Assembly (NCBI GenBank): GCA_039915945.1
Contig: JBDSMH010000196.1
Coordinates: 1,964 to 65,963 of the forward strand
Length of the DNA: 64,000 nt
Source of the DNA: Acidimicrobiales bacterium
GTDB lineage: Bacteria > Actinomycetota > Acidimicrobiia > Acidimicrobiales > WLNW01
Reading direction: 5' to 3'
Below, one piece after another: positions 9,550-21,636 of this stretch (position 1 is its first letter; each line of letters begins with the position of its first letter). A program made the position numbers and the translations under genes. Under the pieces are notes generated by a model. That model was not told the DNA's origin. It ran no database searches and saw only the letters and a list, made by a program, of their open reading frames with translations.

Positions 9550-10431
9550 ATGAAGTTCTGGGCGTCGACGGCGTTCATGCACAGCGACGAGTTGATCGAT
9601 CTGTCTCGTCTACTCGACGAAGCCGGCTACCACGGCGTCACCGTGAGCGATCACGTGTGTTACCCGCGTGAGCTCAAGTCGCCGTACCCGTACTCACCGC
9701 ACGAGGACGGCCGACCGATCTGGGAGCCCGAGGTGTCGTGGCCGGATACGTGGGTGATGATCGGCGCGATGATCGGTGCGACGAAGAACCTGCACTTCTC
9801 GAACAGCGTGTACATCGCCGGCAATCGTCCGCTGTTGGTGGTGGCGAAACAGGTCGGCACCGCCGCGGTGCTGTCGCGCAACCGCGTGGAGTTCGGGGTC
9901 GGTGCGGGCTGGATGCGCGAGGAGTTCGACCTCAACGGGCAGGACTGGGACAACCGCGGCAAGCGCCTCAACGAGATGATCAGGGCACTGCGCGAGCTGT
10001 TGAAGCCCGGTTGGGTCGAGTGGCACGGCGACTACTACGACATCCCGTCGATGATGCTCGGCCCCGCGCCCACCGCACCCGTACCGATCTACTGCGGGGG
10101 CCACAGCGACGCGGCCCTCAAGCGGGCGGCGCGCGATTGCGACGGCTGGATCGGCAACGCGTATCCGTGGGACCAGGCGGTGCACTACATCGGCAAGCTG
10201 AAGGGGTATCTGCGGGACTTCGGGCGGGAGAACGACCCGTTCGAGATCATCATCGGCTTCTATGCCCAGCCCAGCCTCGATCTGTATCGCCGGGCCGCCG
10301 ACGAGTTGGGGGTCACCGGCACCTTGTGCAAGCCGTGGGCCGGCATCCAGAGCGCCCCCGGCCAATCCGCCGAGATCTACCGGGATTCGATCAACCGCTT
10401 CGCCGACGAGATCGTCTCCCCGCTCCGCTGA
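9550..10431 (+). CDS. LLM-class (F420-dependent-type) oxidoreductase
   Basis: VSDHV, PDTWV, GVGAGWMREEF, GGHSDAALKRAA..DGW. Confidence 0.88.
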   Translation: MKFWASTAFMHSDELIDLSRLLDEAGYHGVTVSDHVCYPRELKSPYPYSPHEDGRPIWEPEVSWPDTWVMIGAMIGATKNLHFSNSVYIAGNRPLLVVAKQVGTAAVLSRNRVEFGVGAGWMREEFDLNGQDWDNRGKRLNEMIRALRELLKPGWVEWHGDYYDIPSMMLGPAPTAPVPIYCGGHSDAALKRAARDCDGWIGNAYPWDQAVHYIGKLKGYLRDFGRENDPFEIIIGFYAQPSLDLYRRAADELGVTGTLCKPWAGIQSAPGQSAEIYRDSINRFADEIVSPLR

Positions 10432-10521
10432 TTGTCTCCCCGGCTCAGCCGGGTACACTGGCGGGCCGCCAATTGTTGGCGTGATCGATCGGCGGTGCCG
10501 CCGTGCCAGGGAGCAATTGCC

Positions 10522-11148
10522 ATGAGTGAAGACCTCGTTCTCGTCGCGGAGACCGGGCGTGAGACCGGCACTCGACCGAGCCGCCGCATTCGCCGCGAGG
10601 GCAATGTGCCCGCCACTCTCTACGGGCTCGGCAAAGATGCCGAGACCATCGCCGTGGCCTGGCGTGAGTTGCGTCGCGTGCTCACCACCGACGCCGGCGT
10701 CAACGCATTCATCCACCTCGAGGTCGACGGGCAGCGCCAAGCGACGCTCGTCAAAGAGATCCAACGCCACCCGGTGCGCCGCGACGTCATCCACGTCGAC
10801 TTCCTGCGGGTCGATCCCAAGAAGACCCTCGACGTCGAAGTGACCATCGAGCTCGTCGGCGAAGCCGAAGGCGTCACGCGCGCCGGTGGCATCGTGCAGC
10901 AGCTCCTCCACTCGCTGATTGTCTCGACCCGGCCGGACAACATCCCCAACTCGCTCGAGCTCGACGTCTCCGAGATGACCCTCGATGGCGATCTCCGGGT
11001 GCGCGATCTCGTATTGCCGGCCGGTGTTACAACCGAAACCGACCCCGACGAGGTCGTGGCGCAGGGCCTCATCACGAGCGCCGGCGCCTCCGCCGACACC
11101 GAGGGCGAAACCGGCGAGGCCACCCCGACCGAATCAGCCGAGAGCTGA
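10522..11148 (+). CDS. rplY: 50S ribosomal protein L25 / Ctc
   Basis: SRRIRREGNVPATLYG, KEIQRHPV, HVDF; GGAG RBS; upstream of pth. Confidence 0.95.
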   Translation: MSEDLVLVAETGRETGTRPSRRIRREGNVPATLYGLGKDAETIAVAWRELRRVLTTDAGVNAFIHLEVDGQRQATLVKEIQRHPVRRDVIHVDFLRVDPKKTLDVEVTIELVGEAEGVTRAGGIVQQLLHSLIVSTRPDNIPNSLELDVSEMTLDGDLRVRDLVLPAGVTTETDPDEVVAQGLITSAGASADTEGETGEATPTESAES

Positions 11149-11171
11149 TTCTCCGTCGTTCCCGATCGCCG

Positions 11172-11747
11172 ATGGCCGATCTATTGGTCGTCGGTTTGGG
11201 CAACCCCGGCACCGAGTACGCCGGTACGCGCCACAACGTCGGTGTCGCGGTCGTCGAGCTGCTGGCACAGCGCCACGGCGGTTCGTTCAAGAAGACCCGG
11301 GACAAGTCGTTGGTTGCGGACACTCGCATCGATACGAAACGCGTCGTCCTCGCATTTCCGCAGACCTACATGAACGAAAGCGGCCAAGCCGTGGGACTGT
11401 TGGTGCGCCGTCACGGCATCGAAGATCTCCATCACGTCGTCATCGTGCACGACGAGCTCGATCTGCCCGTCGGAGCGCTCCGGATCAAAGTCGGCGGCGG
11501 CCTTGCCGGGCACAATGGTTTGAAGTCGATCAAGGCGCATCTGCATACGGACGACTTCGTACGCGTGCGTATCGGCGTCGGCAAACCTCCCTCGGCGGCC
11601 AGTGGTGCCGACTACGTGCTGCGCCGCCCCAGCAAGACCGAACGCGCTGAACTCGATGCGATCGTGGCGCGCGCCGCGGACGCGGTCGAAGCCATCCTGC
11701 ACGACGGGCCCGCCGCCGCGATGACCGCATTCAACGGTGCGGCGTGA
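11172..11747 (+). CDS. pth: Peptidyl-tRNA hydrolase
   Basis: VGLGNPG..YAGTRHNVG, TYMNESG, HDELD, GHNGLKSI. Confidence 0.97.
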   Translation: MADLLVVGLGNPGTEYAGTRHNVGVAVVELLAQRHGGSFKKTRDKSLVADTRIDTKRVVLAFPQTYMNESGQAVGLLVRRHGIEDLHHVVIVHDELDLPVGALRIKVGGGLAGHNGLKSIKAHLHTDDFVRVRIGVGKPPSAASGADYVLRRPSKTERAELDAIVARAADAVEAILHDGPAAAMTAFNGAA

Positions 11748-14700
11748 ACGCGCCTCTCGCGCGCCTCATCGACCTTGTCATCGACGACGACGCGCTGGTT
11801 TCGATCGCAGGGCGACGTGCCGGCATCGTCGCCATCCCCGAACCGGCGCGCGCGATCGCGTTGGCCGCGCTGGCAGAGACGTCCGATCGACGGCCGATCG
11901 TCGTGGCGGTACCGACCTCGGCCGATGCCGAACGATTGGCGCACGACCTCGCGATATTCGTCGGTGAGCAACACGTCGACGTGTTCCCGGCGTGGGAGAC
12001 GCTGCCCTTCGAGCGCGTGAGCCCGAGCGTGGAGACGATGGGCAGCCGCTTGCGCACGTTGTGGCATCTGCGCGAAGGGGGAGAGCGCTCCGACAAGTTG
12101 TTCATCGTCGCCCCCGCTCGAGCACTGGTGCAGCGACTCGGCCCAGGCGCCGGTGACATCGATCCGATCGTGGTTGGTCCGGGTGACCAAATCGATTCGA
12201 CCGCGCTCGTCGAGCGGCTCGGCGCCATCGGCTATCGCCGTGAGTATCAAGTCGAGCACCGCGGCGAATTCGCGGTGCGCGGTTCGATCATCGACGTGTT
12301 CCCCTCGACGGCCGACGCCCCCGTGCGTATCGACTTGTGGGGCGATGAGGTCGACCGCCTGAGCGAGTTCGCCATCGACGATCAGCGGTCGACGATCGGC
12401 ATCAGCGAAGTACTCATCTTCCCGTGTCGCGAGTTGCTCCCTGACGAGGAAGTGCGCGCACGGGCCGAAGAGTTGATGGGCAAAGAGCCGTGGGGACGCG
12501 AGCAGTGGGAGCGTCTCGCCAACGGCGCGCAGTTCGACGGTATGGAGTCGTGGCTGCCTTGGCTCGTCGACGACGAAGAGGTGCTGTTCGACCGCGTCGC
12601 GGGCGACGCGCTCATCGTGCTCGTCGAGCCGCAACGGCTGCGTGACCGTGCGGCCGACATCATCAATGAAGAAGCCGATCTCGCGGCGTCGCTCGCCCGT
12701 ACATGGGATGTCGAGGTTGGCGACGGCGACGAAGGATTGCCGCGTTTGCACGTGGGGTTCGAGCGACTGCTGGCTCGATGCGACGCGCCGGTACTCACCG
12801 TCACCAACGCGCCCGACGGTCCCGATACGCCCAGCATGGCGGCCGCCGGTTTCGACCCCGTGGTCGGCGACGGTTCGCGACTCGTCACCCAGATCAAGCA
12901 GATGCTCGACACCGGCTACCGGGTGATCATCGGCGCCGAAGGTGCGGGCTCGGCCGAGCGGGTGCATTCGCTACTCGTCGAGCACGGGTTGCAAGCCCCC
13001 ATCGTCGAGCTCTCCGAACGCGGACTCAAACAGACCGGGTTGCGCATCGTCGTCGCACCCATCCGGCGCGGCGTCGTGTTGCCGCATCACAAGCTGGCGA
13101 TTGCGGCCGAGACCGACGTGACGGGTCGGCGCCGCCTTCATCGTCGGGCGCGGGTGCGGCGCCGGGCGACCACCAGCATCTTCGAAGACCTCAAAGCGGG
13201 CGACTATGTCGTGCACGCGACGCACGGGGTCGCCAAGTACGAAGGCATGGTCACGCGCGCGATCGGCGGCGTGCAGCGCGACTACCTGCTGTTGGCGTAC
13301 CGCGGCGCCGACAAACTCTACGTACCGACCGATCAGATCGACGTCGTCCGTCACTACACCGGCGGCGATTCGCCGGCGCTGTCCAAGATGGGCGGCGCCG
13401 ATTGGCACCGCACCCGAGCCCGGGTCAAGTCGGCGGTACGCGAGATCGCGCAAGAACTCGTCGTGTTGTATCAGCGGCGTCTCGCGACGCCCGGCCACGC
13501 GTTCATGGTCGATACGCCGTGGCAGCGCGAGTTCGAGGCCGCGTTCCCCTACGAGGAGACGCCCGACCAACGCCATGCCATCGACGACGTCAAGTCCGAT
13601 ATGGAAAAGCCGCAACCGATGGATCGCCTGCTGGTCGGTGATGTCGGCTTCGGCAAGACCGAAGTCGCACTGCGCGCCGCGTTCAAGGCGATCCAGGACG
13701 GCAAGCAGGTCGCGATCCTCGTACCGACCACGTTGCTGGCGCAGCAGCACCATCAGACCTTCAGCGAGCGCTTCGCCGGCTATCCCATCAGGGTCGAAGT
13801 GCTGTCACGTTTCCTCACCGCCGGGCAAGCGAAGAAAGTCATCGCCGGTGTCGCGTCGGGCGAGGTCGATCTCGTCATCGGCACGCATCGCCTCTTGTCC
13901 GAAGACCTGCGATTCAAACGGTTGGGGCTGCTCGTCGTCGATGAAGAACAGCGCTTCGGCGTCACGCACAAGGAGATGATCAAGAAGCTCCAAACCGGCG
14001 TCGACGTCTTGACGTTGACCGCCACACCGATCCCGCGCACGTTGGAGATGAGCCTCACCGGCATCCGCGATCTGTCGCTCATCAACACACCGCCGGCCGA
14101 TCGTCAGCCCATCCTGACCTACGTCGGCGAGTACGACGAGCGCGCGGTCGGCGAGTCCATTCGACGCGAGTTGCTGCGCGAGGGTCAGGTCTTCTTCGTG
14201 CACAACCGTGTGCAGGACATCGATGTGGTTGCGGGTGATATCCGAACGCTGGTGCCCGAAGCGCGCGTGGCCGTGGCGCACGGGCAGATGGACGAGAGCT
14301 CGCTCGAACGCGTGGTGCTCGATTTTTGGGACGGCGAGTACGACGTCTTGGTGTGCACGACCATCATCGAGTCGGGCATCGACATGCCGACGGTCAACAC
14401 TCTCGTGGTCGATCGCGCCGACCTGCTCGGCTTGGGGCAGCTACATCAGCTGAGGGGCCGCGTCGGTCGCGCCGGCCAGCGCGCCTACGCCTACCTCTTC
14501 TATCCGCAGGGTCGAGAGCTCACCGAAGAGGCCTACGAGCGGTTGAAAACGATCGGCGAATCGACCGAGCTCGGCAGCGGATTCAAGATCGCGATGCGCG
14601 ATCTCGAGATCCGCGGCGCCGGCAACTTGTTGGGCCCCATCCAGTCGGGTCACATCGCGGCGGTCGGCTACGACTTGTATTGCCAGATGGTCAACGAGGC

Positions 14701-15208
14701 GATCGCAGAGCTCAACGGTGTCGAGCCCGAGGCGCCCCCCGAGATCGCCCTCGATCTTCCGGTCGACGCGAACATTCCCGTCGACTACATCGCCCGCGAA
14801 GATCTACGCCTCGAGGCCTACCGCCGCTTGGCTGCCGTGAACTCGATGACCGAGGTCGAGGACATTCGCACCGAATGGGAGGACCGTTACGGTCCGGTAC
14901 CGCCGCGCGCCGAGGCCCTGCTCGTCGTCGCGCGCCTGCGGGCGCGCTGCATCGCGGCGGGTATCAGCGAGATCTCTGTCACAAAGGGGACAGGGTTCGG
15001 TGGCCCGGCCTGGATGGTCAAGATCGGCCCCGTGCAGCTGCCGGCGAGCAAGGTGGTGCGCCTCGAGCGCTTGTACAAGGGTTCGACGTATCGCACGGAG
15101 CCCAAGCTGTTGCTGTTGGCGCTGGCGAAGAAGCCCGATGTCGCCGGGCAATTGCTCGCCGCGCTGGTCGACCTGCTTCCCGAGGTCGAGTCCACGCCGG
15201 TAGGGTGA
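11744..15208 (+). CDS. mfd: Transcription-repair coupling factor
   Basis: [53 protein letters not shown]-terminal region. Confidence 0.98.
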   Translation: MNAPLARLIDLVIDDDALVSIAGRRAGIVAIPEPARAIALAALAETSDRRPIVVAVPTSADAERLAHDLAIFVGEQHVDVFPAWETLPFERVSPSVETMGSRLRTLWHLREGGERSDKLFIVAPARALVQRLGPGAGDIDPIVVGPGDQIDSTALVERLGAIGYRREYQVEHRGEFAVRGSIIDVFPSTADAPVRIDLWGDEVDRLSEFAIDDQRSTIGISEVLIFPCRELLPDEEVRARAEELMGKEPWGREQWERLANGAQFDGMESWLPWLVDDEEVLFDRVAGDALIVLVEPQRLRDRAADIINEEADLAASLARTWDVEVGDGDEGLPRLHVGFERLLARCDAPVLTVTNAPDGPDTPSMAAAGFDPVVGDGSRLVTQIKQMLDTGYRVIIGAEGAGSAERVHSLLVEHGLQAPIVELSERGLKQTGLRIVVAPIRRGVVLPHHKLAIAAETDVTGRRRLHRRARVRRRATTSIFEDLKAGDYVVHATHGVAKYEGMVTRAIGGVQRDYLLLAYRGADKLYVPTDQIDVVRHYTGGDSPALSKMGGADWHRTRARVKSAVREIAQELVVLYQRRLATPGHAFMVDTPWQREFEAAFPYEETPDQRHAIDDVKSDMEKPQPMDRLLVGDVGFGKTEVALRAAFKAIQDGKQVAILVPTTLLAQQHHQTFSERFAGYPIRVEVLSRFLTAGQAKKVIAGVASGEVDLVIGTHRLLSEDLRFKRLGLLVVDEEQRFGVTHKEMIKKLQTGVDVLTLTATPIPRTLEMSLTGIRDLSLINTPPADRQPILTYVGEYDERAVGESIRRELLREGQVFFVHNRVQDIDVVAGDIRTLVPEARVAVAHGQMDESSLERVVLDFWDGEYDVLVCTTIIESGIDMPTVNTLVVDRADLLGLGQLHQLRGRVGRAGQRAYAYLFYPQGRELTEEAYERLKTIGESTELGSGFKIAMRDLEIRGAGNLLGPIQSGHIAAVGYDLYCQMVNEAIAELNGVEPEAPPEIALDLPVDANIPVDYIAREDLRLEAYRRLAAVNSMTEVEDIRTEWEDRYGPVPPRAEALLVVARLRARCIAAGISEISVTKGTGFGGPAWMVKIGPVQLPASKVVRLERLYKGSTYRTEPKLLLLALAKKPDVAGQLLAALVDLLPEVESTPVG

Positions 15209-15214
15209 ATCCTC

Positions 15215-16150
15215 GTGAAACGACTCGCCGGTGTCCTCGTCCTTGTCCTCGCCGCGGCGTTTGTCACCGGATGTGGCTCGTCGACGTCCCCGGCGACGGT
15301 CAATGGCACTGGTGTCGATCGCGGCGAGTTCCTCGATCAGCTCTCGCAGCTCGCCAAGCTCAATGGAGCTGACGCCAACGCGATCACCAACGAGCAGAGC
15401 TCAGATCTGCTGACGCAGACCATCATCGCGCTGCTGATCGCCGACGACATCAAGCGGCTCGGTCTCACGGTCGACGAAGCGAACGTCGAGGCCAATCGGG
15501 TGGCGATCGAGGATGACCTCAAACAGCGCGCCGAGGCCGGTGAGGCGACCGAGGCCATCAGCAAGTCGTTCATCGCCTACGCCGCCCGCGTGCAAGCGCA
15601 GCAAGACGTACTCATCGCTCGCATCACCGATACGACCAAACCGTGGTTCACCGATGGCGATGTGCGCAGCTATTACGACTTCGTCAAGGACACCAAGTAC
15701 GTCAACTACTGCACCCACCACATCCTCGTCGACGCCGAAGCCGACGCCACCGAGATCGTCGGCCTGCTGAAGAACGGCGGCGATTTCGCCCAGCTTGCGA
15801 AAGATCGTTCGACCGACGCGTCGAGCGGCGACCAGGGGGGCGATCTCGGCTGCAACCAGAAGGGCTCGTTCGTCACCGAGTTCGAAGATGCAGTGTTGGA
15901 CGCGCGCACCGGCGACACACTCGGCCCGATCAAGACCGAGTACGGCTATCACGTCATCCGCGTCGACCAGGCGCTCGGCCTCCAGCCGTTCGACACGGTG
16001 CGCGAATCGATTGCGACCACCTTGGGCAACCAAGACGGTTGGCTGTCGTGGAAGGTGTACAGCTCCAAGATCAAGGTCAACAAGAAGTACGGCTCGTGGA
16101 GCAATGACACCACCTCGGTCACTCCGCCCGCCGATCCGACCCAGAAGTGA
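15215..16150 (+). CDS. PrsA/SurA-like parvulin peptidyl-prolyl isomerase lipoprotein
   Basis: Signal peptide with lipobox VTGC; HILV, FAQLAKDRSTD, GGDLG, KTEYGYHVI. Confidence 0.88.
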   Translation: MKRLAGVLVLVLAAAFVTGCGSSTSPATVNGTGVDRGEFLDQLSQLAKLNGADANAITNEQSSDLLTQTIIALLIADDIKRLGLTVDEANVEANRVAIEDDLKQRAEAGEATEAISKSFIAYAARVQAQQDVLIARITDTTKPWFTDGDVRSYYDFVKDTKYVNYCTHHILVDAEADATEIVGLLKNGGDFAQLAKDRSTDASSGDQGGDLGCNQKGSFVTEFEDAVLDARTGDTLGPIKTEYGYHVIRVDQALGLQPFDTVRESIATTLGNQDGWLSWKVYSSKIKVNKKYGSWSNDTTSVTPPADPTQK

Positions 16151-17490
16151 CTTCCGGCGGTCCCGCCCGGGTGATCGTCGTCGGGCTGGGCCCCGGCGAT
16201 AGCGGGCTGGTCAGCGCGGCCACCCTTGATGCGGTGGCGTCGATCGAGCGAAGGTTCGTGCGCACCACCCGGCATCCGTCAGCGGGCATCGTCGGCGACG
16301 CCGTTTCGTTCGACGATGTGTACGAGCAGAGCGCGGATCTCGAAGAGGTCTACCGCACGATCGTCGAGCGCCTCGTGCTCGCCGCCACTGCAGGGGGCAC
16401 CGTGCTCTACGCCGTACCCGGTTCACCGGTGGTGGCGGAGCGCACGGTCGATCTCTTGTCGAGCGATGCACGGGTTACGGTCGAGATCGTGCCGGCGATG
16501 TCGTTTCTCGACCTTGCGTGGGCGCGGTTGCGGGTCGACCCGATTGCGCGGGGCGTGTCCGTGGTCGACGGGCAGCGGTTCGCGACCGAGGGCGCGGGGC
16601 GTTCCGGCGCGCTGTTGGTGGCCCAGTGCGACTCGCGCGAAGTGCTGTCGCAGATCAAGCTCGCGTTCGACGAGGCACCCTGTGAATCGGTGACCGTCCT
16701 GTGCCGGCTCGGCACCGCCGGCGAGCACATCTTCACTACGCCCTGGAGCGAACTCGACCGATCGTTCGAGCCTGATCACCTCACATCGATCTTCTTCGAG
16801 GCGGCCCACGCCACCGATGCCCGGGCCTTCGTCGAGTTCGACGAGTTGGTGCGCACGTTGCGCGCGCGGTGCCCCTGGGATCGTGAGCAGACCCATGAGT
16901 CGCTACGGCGCCACCTCATCGAAGAGTGCTACGAAGTGCTCGACGCGCTCGATGCCGTCGCCGGGCCCGATGACGCCGACGAAAGCGCCGCGGGCTATGC
17001 CCATCTCGAAGAAGAGCTCGGCGACCTGTTGTTCCAGGTCTTCTTCCACTCGGTGATTGCGTCGGAGAACGGTCAGTTCAGCGTCGTCGATGTCGTCCGC
17101 GGCATCGACCACAAGTTGCGTTCTCGCCACCCGCACGTCTTCGGCGATGTCATCGCCGAGTCGAGCGATGACGTGCTCGCGACTTGGGAAGAACTCAAGC
17201 GGGTCGAGAAGAACCGCGACTCGGTGATGGACGGTATTCCCCGCGCCTTGCCGGCGTTGCTGTACGCGCTCAAAGTGCAAAAGAAGGCCGAAGGTGCGGG
17301 TTATACCGAGGGTCCGGCGACGCCGGATGACGCTGTCGCGGGCGCGTCGGCGGCCGACACGGTGGCCGGCATCCTCTTCAACGCCGTGGCCTTGGCACGG
17401 GCCAGCGACATCGACCCCGAGGATGCGCTGCGCCGCGCCGCCGATGCCTACCGTGACCGTTTCCAGATCTACGAGCGCATGTCGGTGTAG
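16147..17490 (+). CDS. mazG: YabN-type MazG nucleoside triphosphate pyrophosphohydrolase with N-terminal methylase-like domain
   Basis: VGLGPG, YAVPGSP, CPWDREQTHESL, EEELGDLLFQV, RHPHVF. Confidence 0.92.
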   Translation: MTSGGPARVIVVGLGPGDSGLVSAATLDAVASIERRFVRTTRHPSAGIVGDAVSFDDVYEQSADLEEVYRTIVERLVLAATAGGTVLYAVPGSPVVAERTVDLLSSDARVTVEIVPAMSFLDLAWARLRVDPIARGVSVVDGQRFATEGAGRSGALLVAQCDSREVLSQIKLAFDEAPCESVTVLCRLGTAGEHIFTTPWSELDRSFEPDHLTSIFFEAAHATDARAFVEFDELVRTLRARCPWDREQTHESLRRHLIEECYEVLDALDAVAGPDDADESAAGYAHLEEELGDLLFQVFFHSVIASENGQFSVVDVVRGIDHKLRSRHPHVFGDVIAESSDDVLATWEELKRVEKNRDSVMDGIPRALPALLYALKVQKKAEGAGYTEGPATPDDAVAGASAADTVAGILFNAVALARASDIDPEDALRRAADAYRDRFQIYERMSV

Positions 17491-17494
17491 TTCA

Positions 17495-17544
17495 GTTCTC
17501 TTGGTGTTCTCTACCTATATATGAGTGCCGAACACCAACAGAAC
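17495..17544. repeat. Intergenic palindrome, same family as 57423-57470; possible terminator
   Basis: GTTCTCTTGGTGTTC (17495-17509) pairs with GAACACCAACAGAAC (17530-17544), one mismatch. Confidence 0.7.
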
Positions 17545-17575
17545 GCTTCGGGAACGCCAGAGAGACGGGGGATGA

Positions 17576-18919
<1,344 letters not shown>

Positions 18920-18929
18920 GGCCGGTGCC

Positions 18930-19247
18930 ATGACAAAGCGGATGCGGCGCCTGTTGTGGACGACCCTAGGGGCCGTGACGATCCTCGTCGTCATGGCTGT
19001 CGGCGTCTTCCCGACCCGCCAGTATCTCGATCAGCGCAACCAGAGCGCCGAGTTGAGCAGCGAGTTGCACTACCTCCAAGGCGAGAACGCAAAGCTGACC
19101 GAGCGCATCCAGTCGCTGGGCACTGCCGAAGCGATCGAACAGATCGCTCGCGAGGAGCACGGCTACGTGCGACCGTACGAAGAGAACTACGTGGTGGTCG
19201 TCCCGCCCGGCGTGGTGGCGCGCGTGCCGTCGGTATGGCCATTCTGA
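18930..19247 (+). CDS. ftsB: Septum formation initiator FtsB/DivIC family
   Basis: N-terminal TM, coiled coil, IEQIAREEHGYVRPYE; follows eno. Confidence 0.85.
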   Translation: MTKRMRRLLWTTLGAVTILVVMAVGVFPTRQYLDQRNQSAELSSELHYLQGENAKLTERIQSLGTAEAIEQIAREEHGYVRPYEENYVVVVPPGVVARVPSVWPF

Positions 19248-19328
19248 CGCCGGTCAGCCGATAATCCCTGCCGCAAGCAAGCACGATTCGGGTGGCGGGT
19301 TGCCATCCCCGATGTCTTGGAGATCGCA

Positions 19329-21620
19329 ATGAGCATTCTCGGTAACCGCGTGCTGCGAAAGGAAGACCCGAAGTTCCTCACCTCGGGTGCGACCTATGTT
19401 GCCGATCTCGACGACGCCCGGCTGGCAAACGCCGCGTACGTCACCTACGTGCGGGCCACGGTCGCCCACGCGACGGTGAGTGGCATCGACGTCAGTGCGG
19501 CGCGGTCGATGCCCGGAGTGCTCGGTGTATTCACCGCCGCCGATGTCGCGGAGTTGGCACCGCTGACGGCCATGGTGCCGCTGTTCCCGCCGCCGATGAT
19601 GACAAGGCCGTGGTTGTCGAACGAGACCGTGCGCTTCGTCGGTGAGCCCATGGTGGCAATCGTGACCGAGCACGCATACCAAGGCGAGGATGCGGCCGAG
19701 GCCGTGAGCGTCGACTACGACCCCTTGCCCGCCGTGGTCGACATGGAGACCGCCCTCTCGGGCGACGACAAGTTGTATCCAGAGCTCGGCACCAACGTGG
19801 CGGTCGACTTCGTCGCCTTCCAGATGATGAAGGGCGTCACCGACGACTCGTTCTTCGACGGCTGCGATGTCGTGGTGCGCCAGCGCGTGATCAACAACCG
19901 CGTTGCCGCGTGCCCGCTCGAAGGGCGCGCCGCGGCCGCCTCGTGGGATGGCGAGTCGCTCACGTATTGGATGAGCAACCAGTCGCCGCACTCGATCTGG
20001 GGGACGCTGCAAAAGGTCTACGGGCTGGACCCGGCCATGTGCCGTGTGATCGTGCCCGATGTCGGTGGCGGCTTCGGTCCCAAGATGGAAGGCACCCCCG
20101 AAGAGATCCTGCTGCCGTGGTTGGCGAAACAGGTCGGTCGACCGGTGCGCTTCGTCGAGACCCGCACCGAGAACATGACGGCGATGGGTCACGGGCGCGA
20201 CCAGATCCAATACCTCGCCATCGGGGGTAGCCGCGACGGCACGGTGCAGGCGTACCGCATCGAGGTGCTCGGCAATGCCGGCGCGTATTGCATGCTCGGC
20301 GGTTTCCTCCCGTTCTTCACCCATGTCATGGCGAGCGGCGTCTACGACATTCCCAAGATCGAAACCGCGGCGCGCGGCGTGGTCACCAACACGACGCCCA
20401 CCGTCGCGTATCGCGGTGCCGGTCGTCCCGAGGCGACGGCGGCCATCGAGCGGGCCATCGATCTCTTCGCCGCGGAGATCGGCATGGATCCGGTCGACGT
20501 GCGCCGCAAGAACCTCATCAAGAGCGATGCGTTCCCCGCGACGACCGCGGTGGGCACGGTGTACGACACCGGTGATTACGAGCGCTCGCTCGACCTCGTG
20601 CTCGAAGCCGCCGACTATCGCGCGCTGCGCGCCGAACAAAAGGACAGGCGTGAGCGCGGCGATGTCAAGCAACTCGGCATCGGTGTTTCGGTCTACGTCG
20701 AGATCACGTCGGGTCCCGCTCCGGGTACCAAAGAGTGGGGCAAGGTCGAGATCAACCCCGATGGCAGTGCGACGATCTTTTCGGGCTCGTTGTCGCACGG
20801 TCAGAGTCACGCCACCGCGTTCGCGATGTTGGTGACCGAGCAGACCGGCATCCCGATGGACAAGATCGATCTCGTGCAAGGTGATACGGCGCGCGTCCCC
20901 AAGGGGTCGGGCACCAACGCCTCCAAGTCGCTACAAGCCGGCGGTTCCGCCGTGTACGTGAGCGCGGCCAAAGTCGTCGACCAGGCGCGCCAGCTCGCGG
21001 CCGATCTCCTCGAGGCCGGCGTCGACGATGTCGTGCTCGACAAGGTCGGTGCGTACTTCCACGTGCAGGGCACCCCGGCCAAGACCGTCGGTTGGGCCGA
21101 AGTCGCGCAAGCGGCGGGCGCCGACGGCCTCTCGGCCACGACCGACGACGTGCAAGCCGGCTCGTCGTTCCCATTCGGCACGCATCTGGTGGTGGTCGAA
21201 CTCGATACCGAAACGGGTGCCATCGAGGTGACGCGCATCGTCACGTGCGACGACTGCGGCACGATCCTCAACCCGAACCTCGTCGAGGGCCAGCGCCATG
21301 GCGGCATCGCGCAGGGCATCGCGCAGGCGTTGATGGAAGAGGTGCGCTACGACACCGACGGCAATCCGGTCACCGGCAACTTCACCGACTACGCCATCAT
21401 TTCTGCCGCCGAATTGCCGAGCTACGAACTGATCGCGCTCGAGACGCCCACGCCGAACAACCCACTTGGCGCGAAGGGCATCGGTGAGTCGGGCGCGATC
21501 GGCTCGACGCCGGCGCTGCAGAGCGCGGTGTGCGACGCGCTGTCGCAATTCGGCGTGCGCCACATCGACATTCCGGTCACCTCCGAAAAGGTGTGGGCCG
21601 CGCTCTCGCACCGCGCCTGA
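19329..21620 (+). CDS. Molybdenum hydroxylase large subunit (form II CoxL-like)
   Basis: RKEDPKFL, DVGGGFGPK, AYRGAGRPEA, HGQSH, GAKGIGESG. Confidence 0.9.
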   Translation: MSILGNRVLRKEDPKFLTSGATYVADLDDARLANAAYVTYVRATVAHATVSGIDVSAARSMPGVLGVFTAADVAELAPLTAMVPLFPPPMMTRPWLSNETVRFVGEPMVAIVTEHAYQGEDAAEAVSVDYDPLPAVVDMETALSGDDKLYPELGTNVAVDFVAFQMMKGVTDDSFFDGCDVVVRQRVINNRVAACPLEGRAAAASWDGESLTYWMSNQSPHSIWGTLQKVYGLDPAMCRVIVPDVGGGFGPKMEGTPEEILLPWLAKQVGRPVRFVETRTENMTAMGHGRDQIQYLAIGGSRDGTVQAYRIEVLGNAGAYCMLGGFLPFFTHVMASGVYDIPKIETAARGVVTNTTPTVAYRGAGRPEATAAIERAIDLFAAEIGMDPVDVRRKNLIKSDAFPATTAVGTVYDTGDYERSLDLVLEAADYRALRAEQKDRRERGDVKQLGIGVSVYVEITSGPAPGTKEWGKVEINPDGSATIFSGSLSHGQSHATAFAMLVTEQTGIPMDKIDLVQGDTARVPKGSGTNASKSLQAGGSAVYVSAAKVVDQARQLAADLLEAGVDDVVLDKVGAYFHVQGTPAKTVGWAEVAQAAGADGLSATTDDVQAGSSFPFGTHLVVVELDTETGAIEVTRIVTCDDCGTILNPNLVEGQRHGGIAQGIAQALMEEVRYDTDGNPVTGNFTDYAIISAAELPSYELIALETPTPNNPLGAKGIGESGAIGSTPALQSAVCDALSQFGVRHIDIPVTSEKVWAALSHRA

Positions 21621-21636
21621 GCTGTCGCCCACCACG

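Noticed and set aside
6701-9582. Long minus-strand ORFs (506 aa, 544 aa) and similar ones such as 19254-20879, 26287-28032 and 30874-32364
   Set aside because: Antisense shadows of well-supported genes, expected in high-GC DNA, with no motifs.
19329-21620. Bona fide (form I) CO dehydrogenase
   Set aside because: The active-site loop is AYRGAGR, not AYxCSFR.
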